DNA from: Elusimicrobiota bacterium
GTDB taxonomy: Bacteria; Elusimicrobiota; Elusimicrobia; UBA1565
Assembly (NCBI GenBank): GCA_041660925.1
Contig: JBAZVI010000003.1
Location: 221,832 to 285,831 of the forward strand
Direction: 5' to 3'
Length of the DNA: 64,000 nucleotides
Positions 37,981-47,854 of the stretch are shown here, in pieces (positions within the stretch are counted from its first letter, which is position 1; every line of letters begins with the position of its first letter). Made by a program: the position numbers and the translations under genes. Under the pieces are notes generated by a model. It was not told the DNA's origin and searched no databases. It worked only from the letters and a program-made list of their open reading frames with translations.

Positions 37981-38382
37981 TTATGGACGGTAGGAGGCGC
38001 AGCAGCTCGGCGTCTCCCAGAACTTGACGGAAGCGACGGGGAGGCCGCGGCTGCGGGCGTACTCGTGGATATGCTTGGCCAGCGCCTCGGCGGTGGGGTT
38101 CCCGGGGAACGCCACGACGGCCTGGTCGTGCTGCTTGAGCACGGGAAGGAGCGGGTCCTGGGCGCTGAGGATCATGCGGTGGTCGAGCTCCGCGTCGATC
38201 CAGAGCTTCAGCACGGCCTTGATGTCCTCGAAGTCCACCGCCATCCCGCGCGAGTCCAGCGAGGGCTTCTCGAGCGTCACCTCGACGACCGCGTTGTGCC
38301 CGTGCAGGTTCCGGCACTTGCCCTGGTAGTCGAGCAGGCGGTGGCCGTAGCAGAAGTGGATGAGCTTGGTGACGGCGAACAT
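37981..38382 (-). CDS. queD: 6-carboxy-5,6,7,8-tetrahydropterin synthase
   Basis: CxxxHGH zinc motif (CRNLHGHN), 133 aa. Confidence 0.85.
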   Translation of the reverse strand: MFAVTKLIHFCYGHRLLDYQGKCRNLHGHNAVVEVTLEKPSLDSRGMAVDFEDIKAVLKLWIDAELDHRMILSAQDPLLPVLKQHDQAVVAFPGNPTAEALAKHIHEYARSRGLPVASVKFWETPSCCASYRP

Positions 38383-38399
38383 GGGTCTAGTCTATAAAA

Positions 38400-39971
38400 T
38401 CAGCGGAGCTGCGGGAGGAGGACCTTCATCGCCTCTCTGCGGGCCTCGACGGCCGACAGGAACGAGGACTGGCTCCAGGAGAGGTCGCGGCTCGATGCGG
38501 CCTCCCCCGAGGTCTGATCGATCTGTTCGGCGAGCGCACCCGAGGGCGGGGTCACCCGTCGGACCGCGCGCAGAAGGTCGTCGCCGCGCAGGAGCAGCCC
38601 GGTCAGAAGCGCGCGGCGCTCGGCGGAGTGCGCGAGCACGTCGCGGCCCGCCGTGAGCGGCCGGACCCGGCCCGCGCGCCGCAGGGCCCGTTCCAGGAAA
38701 GGACGGCTCCGCTCCGTCGCGGAGTAGCCGTAGCGGTCGGCGAGGAGGCGCGCGAGGCGGTAGTGGAGCTCGGCGTAGCCGAGGGTGATGAAGACGAAGG
38801 CGTTGCCTCCGAAGTACTCGTCGCCCTGGTAGCGGCCCAGGGCGACGCCCTCGTCGGGGGCGCGGCGGGCGTTCATCGTGTAGATGGAAGCGAAGAGGTC
38901 CTCCGCGGCCGTCGCCGTCGCGAGGACGCGGTCGTCGAGGATCGAGTGGCGCCCCTCGGGCCGGCGCCCGTGCAGGGCGGCGAGGAGGACGGCCGAGTCG
39001 AGGTTCTCCCCCGGCTTCTCCCTCGTACGGCCGTCCCAGTAGACGCGCGGGCCGAGCGCGAAGCCGTAGTGGCCCTTCTCGGGGAGCCAGTGCTCGTCCA
39101 GGGAGTCCGTGATCATGGCGGCGGCGTCGGCGTAGGTCTTCGCGCGCTCGGGGTCTTTCGCGGCGAGGGCCCGTCGGGCTCCCTCGGCGAGCGCCGCGCC
39201 CTGCACCGAGCGGGCGTAGTAGTCGCGCCCCTTGTACTCCTCCCAGAGGTCGAAGCCGGGGTCGCGCCAGTGCTCCGCGATGAAGTCGAGGTCGGTGCGG
39301 ATCGTCTCGCGCAGCGCCTCGGCGAGCTCCGGGGGCGGCGGCGCACGGCGCAGCCGCTCGTAGCGCATCAGCGCCAGCGCGCGCAGCGCCGGGCCGTCGT
39401 ATTGCGGACGCGACCACTTCAGGAAGTCCGGCGTCCCGTCGGCGTTGCAGCGGACCTCCCCGAGCCCTTCCGGCGACGGCGCGAGCTGCAGCTCGCGGCT
39501 GAAGCGTACGAACTCGTCGATTCTCGTCGAGACGCCCGCGTCCTCCGGCTGCGCGCCGGCGGCCTGGAGCTCGGCGAGGCCGTACATGACGACCGCGGAG
39601 TCGCGGACCCAGTGGAAGAAGTAGTCCGGCTCGGGAGGGTTCCCCGCGGGAGCCGCCGCGACGGCGCCGGGCTTGGGCAGGATGCTCTGGCGCAGTCGTC
39701 CCCCCTCGAGCCGGATGCGCCCTTCCGGCGCGCGTGCGGCCGCCTTCACCCCGTCCCAGCGGTCCGGCGCGACGTGGACGGTGTCGAAGACCTTGTCGAC
39801 GCGGCCCTTCGGCGAGACGTTGCGCAGCAGGCGCTCGAGCGAGAGCTCCCGCTGGGCCTCGATCCACGCCTCGAGCTTCTCGTCGGGGAAGGGCTTGAGC
39901 TTCGGCTGGAGCAGGGAGCAGCCCGAGAGCAGAAGGGGAGCGAGCAGGAGCGCGGGGAGCGCGGCCTTCAT
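38400..39971 (-). CDS. Glycoside hydrolase family 15 (glucoamylase/glucodextranase-like) lipoprotein
   Basis: Lipobox LLSGCS; YFFHWVRDSA and (alpha/alpha)6 barrel-like sequence; ATG overlaps the SDR stop. Confidence 0.65.
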   Translation of the reverse strand: MKAALPALLLAPLLLSGCSLLQPKLKPFPDEKLEAWIEAQRELSLERLLRNVSPKGRVDKVFDTVHVAPDRWDGVKAAARAPEGRIRLEGGRLRQSILPKPGAVAAAPAGNPPEPDYFFHWVRDSAVVMYGLAELQAAGAQPEDAGVSTRIDEFVRFSRELQLAPSPEGLGEVRCNADGTPDFLKWSRPQYDGPALRALALMRYERLRRAPPPPELAEALRETIRTDLDFIAEHWRDPGFDLWEEYKGRDYYARSVQGAALAEGARRALAAKDPERAKTYADAAAMITDSLDEHWLPEKGHYGFALGPRVYWDGRTREKPGENLDSAVLLAALHGRRPEGRHSILDDRVLATATAAEDLFASIYTMNARRAPDEGVALGRYQGDEYFGGNAFVFITLGYAELHYRLARLLADRYGYSATERSRPFLERALRRAGRVRPLTAGRDVLAHSAERRALLTGLLLRGDDLLRAVRRVTPPSGALAEQIDQTSGEAASSRDLSWSQSSFLSAVEARREAMKVLLPQLR

Positions 39972-40699
39972 GCGGCGAGTCGTCCGCCGTCGACGGGGAG
40001 GGCCGTCCCCGTGACGAAGTCCGCCTCGAGGAGATAGAGCACGGCGCGCGCCACGTCGTCGGGGTCTCCCATGCGCTTGAGGAGCGTCGCCGCGAGCACC
40101 TTCTCGCGTCGACGGGGGCGCGAACCCGCGGGCATGAGCACGGGGCCCGGGAGCACCGCGTTGACCTGGACTTCCGGGGCCAGGGCCTTCGCGAGCGCCG
40201 CGTTCAGCGCGAGCAGCCCCGCCTTCGAGACGCAGTAGGGCATGAACCCGGCGTTGGGCCGCAGCCCGGAACCGTCGGCGATGTTCACGATCTTTCCCCC
40301 GCCGAGACGCTTCATGCGCGGCCCCAGCGCCTGTGCGAGGAGGAAGGGCGCGCGCAGGTTCACCGCCTGGTAGGCGTCCCATTCGGCCGGGCGGGTCTTC
40401 CCGAAGCGGCTCGGCGCGTAGATCGAGGCGCTGTTGACCAGGACGTCCACGCGTCCGAAGCGGCGCACCGCGGTCCGAGCCAGGCGCTCGCAGTCGGCGG
40501 GGCGGGCGAGGTCGGCGCGCAGGGCCTCGGCGTCGACTCCGAGGGCGCGGAGCTCGCGGGCGAGGGCCTCGGCATCGCGGCGCGAGGAGCGGTAATGGAC
40601 GGCGACGTCGGCGCCGTGCTCGGCCAGGCGCAGGGCGATCCTGCGGCCGACGCGGCGGCCGGCGCCGGTCACGAGCGCGACGGCGCCCCTCAGCTCCAC
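39968..40699 (-). CDS. SDR-family oxidoreductase (possibly pteridine-reductase-like, given the queD neighbour)
   Basis: TGAGRRVG cofactor motif and YCVSK catalytic pair. Confidence 0.7.
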   Translation of the reverse strand: MELRGAVALVTGAGRRVGRRIALRLAEHGADVAVHYRSSRRDAEALARELRALGVDAEALRADLARPADCERLARTAVRRFGRVDVLVNSASIYAPSRFGKTRPAEWDAYQAVNLRAPFLLAQALGPRMKRLGGGKIVNIADGSGLRPNAGFMPYCVSKAGLLALNAALAKALAPEVQVNAVLPGPVLMPAGSRPRRREKVLAATLLKRMGDPDDVARAVLYLLEADFVTGTALPVDGGRLAA

Positions 40700-41340
40700 G
40701 GTCCGGCTCCGTAGACGTCGCAGAAGGCCGCGCGCACGGCCGCGCGGGCGGCCTCCATCGTCGCGTCCGGCCGCAGGGCGTGCAGGGAGGTCATCGTCTC
40801 CGGCTCGAGGCGGCAGGGGTGGACGGCCCGGAAGGGCGCCATCTCCGTGCGCACGTTGAGCGCGAAGCCGTGGTAGGCGACCCAGGCGCGCGCGCCGACG
40901 CCGATGGAGGCGATCTTCTTCTCGCCGACCCAGACGCCGGTGAAGCCGGGCAGGGCGCGGGCTTCGGCGCCCATGCGGGCGAGGGCCCGCACGAGGGTCT
41001 CCTCGAGCATGCGCAGGTGGCGGCCGATGGTGAGTCCGCGCTCCTTGAGGTGGACGACGGCGTAGCCGACGAGCTGTCCGGGGCCGTGGTAGGTGATGTC
41101 CCCGCCCCGCTGGACGTCGTGGAGCGGATGGGGCAGCTCGGGAGCGCTCTGTCCGCGGGCGGTCGTTCCCCGCGTGTAGACGGGAGGGTGCTCGAGCAGG
41201 AAGAGCGTGTCGGGCCGCTCCCCGGCGGCGCGTTCGCGCAGGGCGCTCTTCTGGAGCTCGAGCGCCGAGAGGTAGTCCACGGTCCCGAGCTCTCGGATCT
41301 CGAGGGCGCGGCGCAGCGCGGGGAGCGCGGAGGTCTTCAT
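40690..41340 (-). CDS. lipB: Octanoyltransferase (lipoyl(octanoyl) transferase)
   Basis: GGDITYHGPGQ motif; ATGA overlap with lpdA. Confidence 0.85.
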   Translation of the reverse strand: MKTSALPALRRALEIRELGTVDYLSALELQKSALRERAAGERPDTLFLLEHPPVYTRGTTARGQSAPELPHPLHDVQRGGDITYHGPGQLVGYAVVHLKERGLTIGRHLRMLEETLVRALARMGAEARALPGFTGVWVGEKKIASIGVGARAWVAYHGFALNVRTEMAPFRAVHPCRLEPETMTSLHALRPDATMEAARAAVRAAFCDVYGAGPWS

Positions 41341-42737
41341 CGCCGGACGGGGAGCATGTGCACGGCGTGCCCGAGGGCGGCCTCGGCGGCCTCCCCGAGC
41401 GCTTCCGAGAGGGACGGGTGCGGGTGCACCGTGTTGGCCAGGTCCGCGACGGCGGCTTTCAGGCGCAGCGCGAGCGCCGCCTCGCCGATGAGGTCGCTCG
41501 CGTCGGGTCCGACGATGCCGACGCCGAGCAGGCGTCCGTCGGCGCGGTCGCCGAGCACCTTCACGAAGCCCTCGGCCTCGCGCATCGTCTGCGCCCGGCC
41601 GTTGGCGGAGAACGGGAAGCGGCCGATCAGGAGCTCGACGCCGCGCGCCTTCGCCGCGGCCTCGGTCTCTCCGACGTAAGCGACCTCGGGGTCGGTGTAG
41701 ACCGCCCACGGGATGTGCCCCTTCGCCTCGACCTCCTTGCCCGCGAGGGCGTGCGCGGCGAGGATGCCCTCGCGCGACGCCTTGTGCGCGAGGTAGGGCG
41801 CGCCGATGACGTCCCCGGCCGCGTAGATGTGCTCCGCGCTCGTGCGCATGCGCTCGTCGACCTGGATGAAGCCCTTCGCGTCGGTCTTCACGCCGGCGTT
41901 CTCGAGGCCGATGCCGTCGCTGTTGGGGCGGCGGCCGACGCTGAGGAGGATCTTCTCGGCCGAGACGGTCTTCTCCCCCTCGGGGGTCTGCACCGTCAGC
42001 TCGAGGACGCCGTCCTTCTCGAGCCAGCTCAGGGCTTTGCTCTTCAGGTGGACCGCGCAGCCGAGCTTCTGGAGGGAGCGCGCGACGGGGGCGCTCAGGT
42101 CCGCCTCGATGCCCGGCAGGAGCCCGTCCATGAACTCGACGACCGTCACCTTCGTCCCGAGCTTCGCGAAGACCGTGCCGATCTCGAGCCCGATGACGCC
42201 GCCGCCGATGACCGCCAGGCTCGCCGGCGGAGCCTGCAGCGCCAGGGCTTCCGTGGAGCCGATCACGCAGGAGCCGTCGAAGTCGAAGCCGGGCAGGGAG
42301 AGCGGGCGCGAGCCGGTGAGGACGACGGCCTGCTCGAACTTCAGGTCCTCCTTCGCGGGGCCCCCGGTGACCTCGGCGGTGTGCGGACCGGTGAAGCGGG
42401 CGGTGCCCTCGACGAGCTCGACGCCGTTGGCCTTGAGCAGGGCCCCGATGCCGCGCGTGAGGCCTCCGACGACCGCGTTCTTCCAGGCCACGGTCTTTCC
42501 CCAGTCGACGGTGAGCTCCGAGGCGCCGATCCCGAGCGCGCCGCCGCGGCGCAGCTTGTGCACGAGGCCGGCGCCGTGGATGAGGGCCTTCGAGGGGATG
42601 CAGCCGACGTTGAGGCAGACGCCGCCGACCTTCTCTTTCTCGGCGAGGACCACCTTCTTCCCGAGCTGCGCGAGGCGGATGGCGCAGACGTAGCCGCCGG
42701 GGCCGGCTCCGATGACGAGGACCTGGGTCTCCTTCAT
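41337..42737 (-). CDS. lpdA: Dihydrolipoyl dehydrogenase (E3)
   Basis: GGVCLNVGCIPSK disulfide motif and a C-terminal HPHPS/L interface motif; ATGA overlap with lipA. Confidence 0.85.
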   Translation of the reverse strand: MKETQVLVIGAGPGGYVCAIRLAQLGKKVVLAEKEKVGGVCLNVGCIPSKALIHGAGLVHKLRRGGALGIGASELTVDWGKTVAWKNAVVGGLTRGIGALLKANGVELVEGTARFTGPHTAEVTGGPAKEDLKFEQAVVLTGSRPLSLPGFDFDGSCVIGSTEALALQAPPASLAVIGGGVIGLEIGTVFAKLGTKVTVVEFMDGLLPGIEADLSAPVARSLQKLGCAVHLKSKALSWLEKDGVLELTVQTPEGEKTVSAEKILLSVGRRPNSDGIGLENAGVKTDAKGFIQVDERMRTSAEHIYAAGDVIGAPYLAHKASREGILAAHALAGKEVEAKGHIPWAVYTDPEVAYVGETEAAAKARGVELLIGRFPFSANGRAQTMREAEGFVKVLGDRADGRLLGVGIVGPDASDLIGEAALALRLKAAVADLANTVHPHPSLSEALGEAAEAALGHAVHMLPVRR

Positions 42738-43657
42738 GAGGATGCCTCCGAAGAGCGGGTTCCTGCGGCCTTCTCCATGAAGAGCTCGGCGGCGCGGTAC
42801 GAGCTGCGCACGAACGGGGCCGAGGCGACGTGGAGGAAGCCCATCGCGCGGGCGCGCGCGCCGAGCTCCTCGAAGCGCGCGGGCGGGACGAACTCGACGA
42901 CGGGAAGGTGGCGCGGCTCGCGCGTCGGGCGCAGGTACTGCCCGAGGGTGAGGACCCGGACCCCGGCCGCAAGGAGGTCCGCGAAGGCCTGCAGAAGCTC
43001 CTCCTCGGTCTCGCCGAGACCGAGCATGAGGGAGGACTTCGTCCAGACCCCCGGCCGCAGTCGCCGGGCGGCGCGCAGGACGGCGAGGGAGAGCGCGTAG
43101 CCCGCGCGCCGGTCGCGCACCGACGGGGTCAGGCGCTCCACGGTCTCGAGGTTGTGGGAGAGCACGTCCGGCCCCTCGGCGAGGACGCGGGCGAGGAGCG
43201 CTTCGTCGCCGCGGAAGTCCTGGGCGAGGAACTCGAGGCGCGTGTCCGGGCAGCGCGTGCGCACGGCGCGCAGGCAGGCCGCGGCGTGCGCGGCGCCCTG
43301 GTCGGGGAGGTCGTCGCGGCAGACGGTGGTGACCACCGCGTAGCGCAGACCCAGGGCGGCGACGCTCTCCGCGAGACCGCGCGGTTCCTCGGGGTCGGGC
43401 GGCGCGGGGCGGGCGGCCGCGGCCACCGAGCAGAAGCGGCAGGTGCGGGTGCAGGAGTCGCCGAGGATCATGAAGGTCGCGGTCCCGGAGGACCAGCACT
43501 CGCCGGCGTTCGGGCAGCGGGCCTCGGAGCAGACGGTGTGCAGGCCCCGGGCGGACGAGAGTCCCTTCACCGTGCGGAACGCGTCTCCGGAGCCGAGTCG
43601 CACCCGCATCCAGGGCGGTAATTTCGCCAGCGGGACCTGCGCCGGTGCCGGGCTCAA
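42734..43657 (-). CDS. lipA: Lipoyl synthase
   Basis: CSEARCPNAGEC and CTRTCRFC cluster motifs; the ORF begins at a TTG overlapping the upstream stop (TTGA); an alternative ATG is 16 codons downstream. Confidence 0.85.
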   Translation of the reverse strand: MSPAPAQVPLAKLPPWMRVRLGSGDAFRTVKGLSSARGLHTVCSEARCPNAGECWSSGTATFMILGDSCTRTCRFCSVAAAARPAPPDPEEPRGLAESVAALGLRYAVVTTVCRDDLPDQGAAHAAACLRAVRTRCPDTRLEFLAQDFRGDEALLARVLAEGPDVLSHNLETVERLTPSVRDRRAGYALSLAVLRAARRLRPGVWTKSSLMLGLGETEEELLQAFADLLAAGVRVLTLGQYLRPTREPRHLPVVEFVPPARFEELGARARAMGFLHVASAPFVRSSYRAAELFMEKAAGTRSSEASS

Positions 43658-44838
43658 CGCGCCTCCGTCTCCGGAGGGGTCGCCGTGCCGGGCTCGGGGA
43701 CGCGGATCTTCTTGCGCCGCGGCCCCTGCTGCTGAGGCGCGCTCCCCTGGAGGTTGCCGAGCATCTGCATCGCCTGCTGCATCATGCGCTGGCGGTCGGC
43801 GGGGGTCAAGTTCGGGTCGCGCATGCCCGTGCGCATCTGGTCCATGAGCTGGGTGACCTGCTTGAGCTGCTCCGCCTGCTCGGGAGGCACGTTCTTCATC
43901 ATGGCGGGGTCATGGAGCTTCTGGCTGACGTTGTCGAGCATGTTGAGCCCCGTCTCGCGCATCTGCTGGACGTCCTGCGCCGTGAGCTGTCGGCCCGGCT
44001 GCACCAGCGGCAGGCCGGAGTTCTGTCCTTCGCTCATGCCCTGGACCATGTCGACGCTCGAGCTCCCGGTGAGCGGGGTCAGCGGCGAGTCGGGGGTCGC
44101 CGCGCCGACGAGGTCGGGGACCGGCTGCACCGGAGTGCCCGTCGCGCCGGGCTCCCCGCCCGCGGGGCCTGCGGCCTGCTGCAGGGCGCTCATCCCGGAG
44201 GCGAGACCGGAGGCCGTCGAGTAGAGGTTGGCCGCCAGCTCGGCCTGGCGCTGCGCCCGCTCGAAGGCGGGGCGCATGAGGATCTGTCCCGCGAGGAGCA
44301 CCACGGTCAGGGCCCCGACGACGATGGTCGACTGGACGCCGGGGGCCTCGTGGAGCTCGCTGAGTCCCCGGGCGAAGAGGAAGGCGCCGAGCAGGGTGGG
44401 CACCAGCGAGAGGTAGGGGACGGGGACCCAAAGGGCCGCGGAGGCGACCGCGAGCAGCGGGGAGAGGAGCGCGAGGAGCTGGTAGCTCCGCTCGTAACCG
44501 CCCTTCCCGCCCGAGAGGGCCGAGAGCGCGAGGATGACGCCGGCTCCGGCGAAGCCGAGGACGAGGGCGAGCAGGAGTCCTCCGAGCAGGGCCAGAGAGG
44601 CGGGGAGCGGACCGATCGCCGCCGTCGCGGGCAGGGTCATGAGGGCCATGAGCAGCTGCACGAGGAGGGCGGCCGCGGCCCAGACCAGGACGACGCCCGT
44701 CATCGCGCCGAAGCCGGGCGGGGGCGCGAAGCGGTGCGCCTCGAAGACGGCGCCCGGCGCGAAGAGCACGCGCAGGGAGTCCTCGAGCAGGGCGAGGAGT
44801 CCGGGGGCTTCGACGGGGGCGGCTTCTTCTTCGCTCAT
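43654..44838 (-). CDS. Hypothetical membrane protein (Yip1-like 5-TM core, Q/M-rich C-terminal tail)
   Basis: Hydrophobic core and a low-complexity tail rich in Q/M; begins 2 nt after the HK stop. Confidence 0.45.
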   Translation of the reverse strand: MSEEEAAPVEAPGLLALLEDSLRVLFAPGAVFEAHRFAPPPGFGAMTGVVLVWAAAALLVQLLMALMTLPATAAIGPLPASLALLGGLLLALVLGFAGAGVILALSALSGGKGGYERSYQLLALLSPLLAVASAALWVPVPYLSLVPTLLGAFLFARGLSELHEAPGVQSTIVVGALTVVLLAGQILMRPAFERAQRQAELAANLYSTASGLASGMSALQQAAGPAGGEPGATGTPVQPVPDLVGAATPDSPLTPLTGSSSVDMVQGMSEGQNSGLPLVQPGRQLTAQDVQQMRETGLNMLDNVSQKLHDPAMMKNVPPEQAEQLKQVTQLMDQMRTGMRDPNLTPADRQRMMQQAMQMLGNLQGSAPQQQGPRRKKIRVPEPGTATPPETEAR

Positions 44839-44839
44839 C

Positions 44840-46078
44840 TCATCCTCCGGCGCGGCGGGAGGCCCAGGTCGAGTCTCCGGTGCGGACGTTCGGCAGGGCG
44901 GGTCGGACGGGGAAAAGGACGCGCACGAGGGTCTTCCCCCCCGCGCTCTCGAGGGCGAGGGTCCCGCCGGTGCCCTCGACCATGCGCCGGGCCATCGAGA
45001 GGCCCAGACCGAGACCCCCGCGGTCGGACTTCGAGGTCGAGAGCGGCTCGAAGACCCGGGCGATGCGGTCGGGGGCGACCCCGCCGGCGTCGTCCTCGAT
45101 GACGACCTCGGCGCAGGGCTCTCCGGGCTTGAGCTCCACGCGGACCGTCCCCGCGCCGTCGGCCGGGAAGGCCTCGAAGGCGTTGTCGAGCACGCTGGCG
45201 AGAACGCAGAAGGCGAGACGGCGGTTGCCCTGCAGGGCCAGGGAGGAGGATGCGAGCTTCAGGCGCACCCGCGGCCGGGGGACCGAGGCGCGCGCCGACT
45301 CCGCGGCCTCGGCGAGGACGGTGCCGAGGTCGAAGTCGACGGCCATCGGCGCCGTGCGCCGCGTCGTCGTCTGCACGGCGTCCACGGTCCGGACGATCTT
45401 GGCGTTGAGCTCCGCGACCATGCGCCGCAGCTTCTGGGCGATGTCCTTGCCCGCTTGGTCGTGCGCGGAGAGGGCGATGTGCTCGGCGACGGTGGTGATG
45501 GAGGTGAGGTAGTCGCGCAGCTGGAAGAAGAGGTGCGTGACGTACTCCGTCACCTGGAGCTGGCGCTGCAGGGACACGGATTCGCGGACGGTCCGCGCGC
45601 GGCGGGCGAGGAGGAGCGCGGAGACGACCGCGCAGGCGGCGGGCGCGAGCGCGAGGGCGCTCAGGCGCACGATGAACAGCGGGTCGGTCCAGGCCAGGCC
45701 TGCGCGCAGGAGCAGGAAGGCCGTGCAGGCGGCGGCGGCGGCCCAGACCAGGACGGCCAGGAGCCCGGGCAGCAGGAGCGCCGCGAGGGTCAGGGGCACG
45801 AAGAAGCCGGGGAGGAGGTCGGCGGAGGCCGGCTGCGCGTACAGGCTCGCGATCCCGACGGCGAGCGCGTCGAGCGACAGGAGCGCCGCGATCGCCGCCG
45901 GCGGCGGCTCGCGCAGGAGGAAGGCCGCGACGGCCGAGACCCAGACCGCGGCGGAGAGGATCGCGAGCGGGAACTCCGTCGAGATGAGCAGGCCGCCCTT
46001 CTTCAGGAGGAAGATCCAGGCGATGACGGCGAGGAGGTTCGCGGCGCGCAGGATCGTCGCGGCGCGGAAGAGGCTCAT
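44840..46078 (-). CDS. Membrane sensor histidine kinase (polytopic N-terminus, HisKA + HATPase_c), orphan
   Basis: HATPase G-boxes (..DDAGGV..RIFEPL..GLGLGLS..), a conserved His region and about 6 TM helices; start at MSLFRAATIL overlapping the maf stop (ATGA). Confidence 0.7.
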   Translation of the reverse strand: MSLFRAATILRAANLLAVIAWIFLLKKGGLLISTEFPLAILSAAVWVSAVAAFLLREPPPAAIAALLSLDALAVGIASLYAQPASADLLPGFFVPLTLAALLLPGLLAVLVWAAAAACTAFLLLRAGLAWTDPLFIVRLSALALAPAACAVVSALLLARRARTVRESVSLQRQLQVTEYVTHLFFQLRDYLTSITTVAEHIALSAHDQAGKDIAQKLRRMVAELNAKIVRTVDAVQTTTRRTAPMAVDFDLGTVLAEAAESARASVPRPRVRLKLASSSLALQGNRRLAFCVLASVLDNAFEAFPADGAGTVRVELKPGEPCAEVVIEDDAGGVAPDRIARVFEPLSTSKSDRGGLGLGLSMARRMVEGTGGTLALESAGGKTLVRVLFPVRPALPNVRTGDSTWASRRAGG

Positions 46079-46668
46079 CGGGCCGTCTTCCTCCGGCGCG
46101 CGCAGAGGGCCCGGCGCAGCAGCGAGCGCACGCTCGCGAGCGGCAGGCCGACGACGTTGTCGAACGGGCCCACGATGCGCTCGATGAAGGGGTCCCCGTG
46201 GTCCTGCACGGCATAGGCGCCGGCCTTGTCCATGTGGCGGCCCACGAAGCGCTCGAGCTCCTCGGCCGTTAGGCGGCGGGCCTTGACCCGGGTCACGGCC
46301 GCCTCGCGCCACCAGCGGCCCGACTCGGAGTCGACGAGCGCGACCCCGGTGTAGACGCGGTGCCAGCGGCCGTTGAGCGAGCGGAGGATGCGGCGGCCGT
46401 CCTCGCGGTCGATCGGCTTGTTGAGGACCTCTCCGCGGCAGACGACGATGGTGTCCGCCCCGAGGACGAGCGCGCGCTTTCGCCGCCCGGCCACGGCCCG
46501 CGCCTTGCGCAGGGCGAGCTCGAGCACGAGCCGGCGCGGCGTGCAGGGAGCGACCTCCTCGCTGACGTGCGAGGGGGCGATGCGGAAAGGGAGCTTGAGG
46601 GCGCGCAGGAGCTCGCGCCGGCGCGGGGACGCCGAGGCCAGGACCAGCGTGCGCGCAAGGGCGCTCAT
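46075..46668 (-). CDS. maf: Maf-like nucleoside triphosphate pyrophosphatase
   Basis: LASASPRRRELL signature; start overlaps the cutA stop. Confidence 0.8.
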   Translation of the reverse strand: MSALARTLVLASASPRRRELLRALKLPFRIAPSHVSEEVAPCTPRRLVLELALRKARAVAGRRKRALVLGADTIVVCRGEVLNKPIDREDGRRILRSLNGRWHRVYTGVALVDSESGRWWREAAVTRVKARRLTAEELERFVGRHMDKAGAYAVQDHGDPFIERIVGPFDNVVGLPLASVRSLLRRALCARRRKTAR

Positions 46669-46994
46669 CGGGGCCTCGCGTCCGCGGCGGCGTCGAGCCA
46701 GGAGAGATAGGAGGGACTTCCCCCCGCCACGGGCAGCGCGAGGACCTCGGGCACGGAACAGGGGTGAAGCGCCTTCACGCGGCGCTGGAGGCGCGGGAGC
46801 AGGGCCGCGCGGGTCTTGGCGAGGAGCAGGACTTCGGAGGCCTCCTCGACCTTCCCCTTCCAGCGGTAGACGGAGCGCAGGCTTCCGACGAGGTTCACGC
46901 ACGCCGCCAGGCGCTCGGCGACCAGGGCGCGGGCCAGGCGCAGGCCGGTCCGGCGGTCGGGGGCGGTGACGAGGACCACGCAGCGTTTCGGCAT
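46665..46994 (-). CDS. cutA: Divalent-cation tolerance protein CutA
   Basis: 109 aa, MPKRCVVLVTAP..VKALHPCSVPEVLALPV typical of CutA1. Confidence 0.8.
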   Translation of the reverse strand: MPKRCVVLVTAPDRRTGLRLARALVAERLAACVNLVGSLRSVYRWKGKVEEASEVLLLAKTRAALLPRLQRRVKALHPCSVPEVLALPVAGGSPSYLSWLDAAADARPR

Positions 46995-47020
46995 CGGCGC
47001 ATGATACCAATTCCTGCGTG

Positions 47021-47048
47021 GTCGGGAATCCCCGTTGGGGATTCCCGA
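47021..47048. repeat. Second copy of the palindromic element GTCGGGAATCCCC-gtt-GGGGATTCCCGA
   Basis: Identical arms to the element at 10731..10759; located in the divergent spacer between cutA and the 47074 gene. Confidence 0.7.
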
Positions 47049-47073
47049 TGAACTTGGTAACATTACGCGCGTA

Positions 47074-47670
47074 ATGGGAGAGGAGCTCGAGTCCCTGCGG
47101 AAGGAAGACCTGGTGTCGGCGTTGAACTCCACCCAGCAGCGGGTGCGAGAGCTCGAAGACGCGCTCGGCCGCTTCAAGGACGAGGTGCGCTGGCTCGAGG
47201 ACTGCCTGAAGAAGCGCACGCGCGAGCTCAACGAGCGGGTCAAAGAGCTCGACTGCCTCTTCGGCGTAGCCCGGCTCGTCGAGAAGCCCGGTGCGACGCT
47301 CGACGAGATCCTCTCCGAGGTCGTCGCGATGCTCCCCCGCGCCTGGCAGTACCCCGACGCCGCCTGCGCGCGCGTACGCCTGCGGGGGCGCGAGCACCGC
47401 TCTCCCGGCTTCCAGAAGACTTCCTGGGTGCAGACCTCCGAGTTCCGCGTCCAGGGCCGAGCCGTCTGCGCGGTCGACGTGTTCTATACCCGCGTCCTGC
47501 CGAAGGCGGACGAAGGTCCGTTCCTGCTGGAGGAGCGCAAGCTCCTCGACGAGGTCGCGCGCCGCGTCGGAGAGATCGTCGCGATCAAGGACGCCGAGGA
47601 CGACATCTCCGGCTTCCTGCGCCAGGTCTCCCGCCTGCGCTCTCCGAAGCCCCCCCCTTCCGGCTCATGA
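47074..47670 (+). CDS. Hypothetical coiled-coil / GAF-like sensor-domain protein
   Basis: Protein-like composition; start placed at MGEELESLRK (internal ATG at 47074). Confidence 0.45.
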   Translation: MGEELESLRKEDLVSALNSTQQRVRELEDALGRFKDEVRWLEDCLKKRTRELNERVKELDCLFGVARLVEKPGATLDEILSEVVAMLPRAWQYPDAACARVRLRGREHRSPGFQKTSWVQTSEFRVQGRAVCAVDVFYTRVLPKADEGPFLLEERKLLDEVARRVGEIVAIKDAEDDISGFLRQVSRLRSPKPPPSGS

Positions 47671-47854
47671 CCCCCGAGGGGGCGCTCGCCGCCTGGGGTC
47701 CCTGGGCGGTGTTCCTCATCACCTTGTCTATCGCTTCATCTACGGCTCGCGGGCCTTCGCGCCGCTCGCCCTCGGCCTCGGAGGGATGGAGGGGCGCCGC
47801 GGCGAGCTGTCGGCGCTCGAAGTCGACGCCGACGACGAGCCCTGAAAGAACCGT

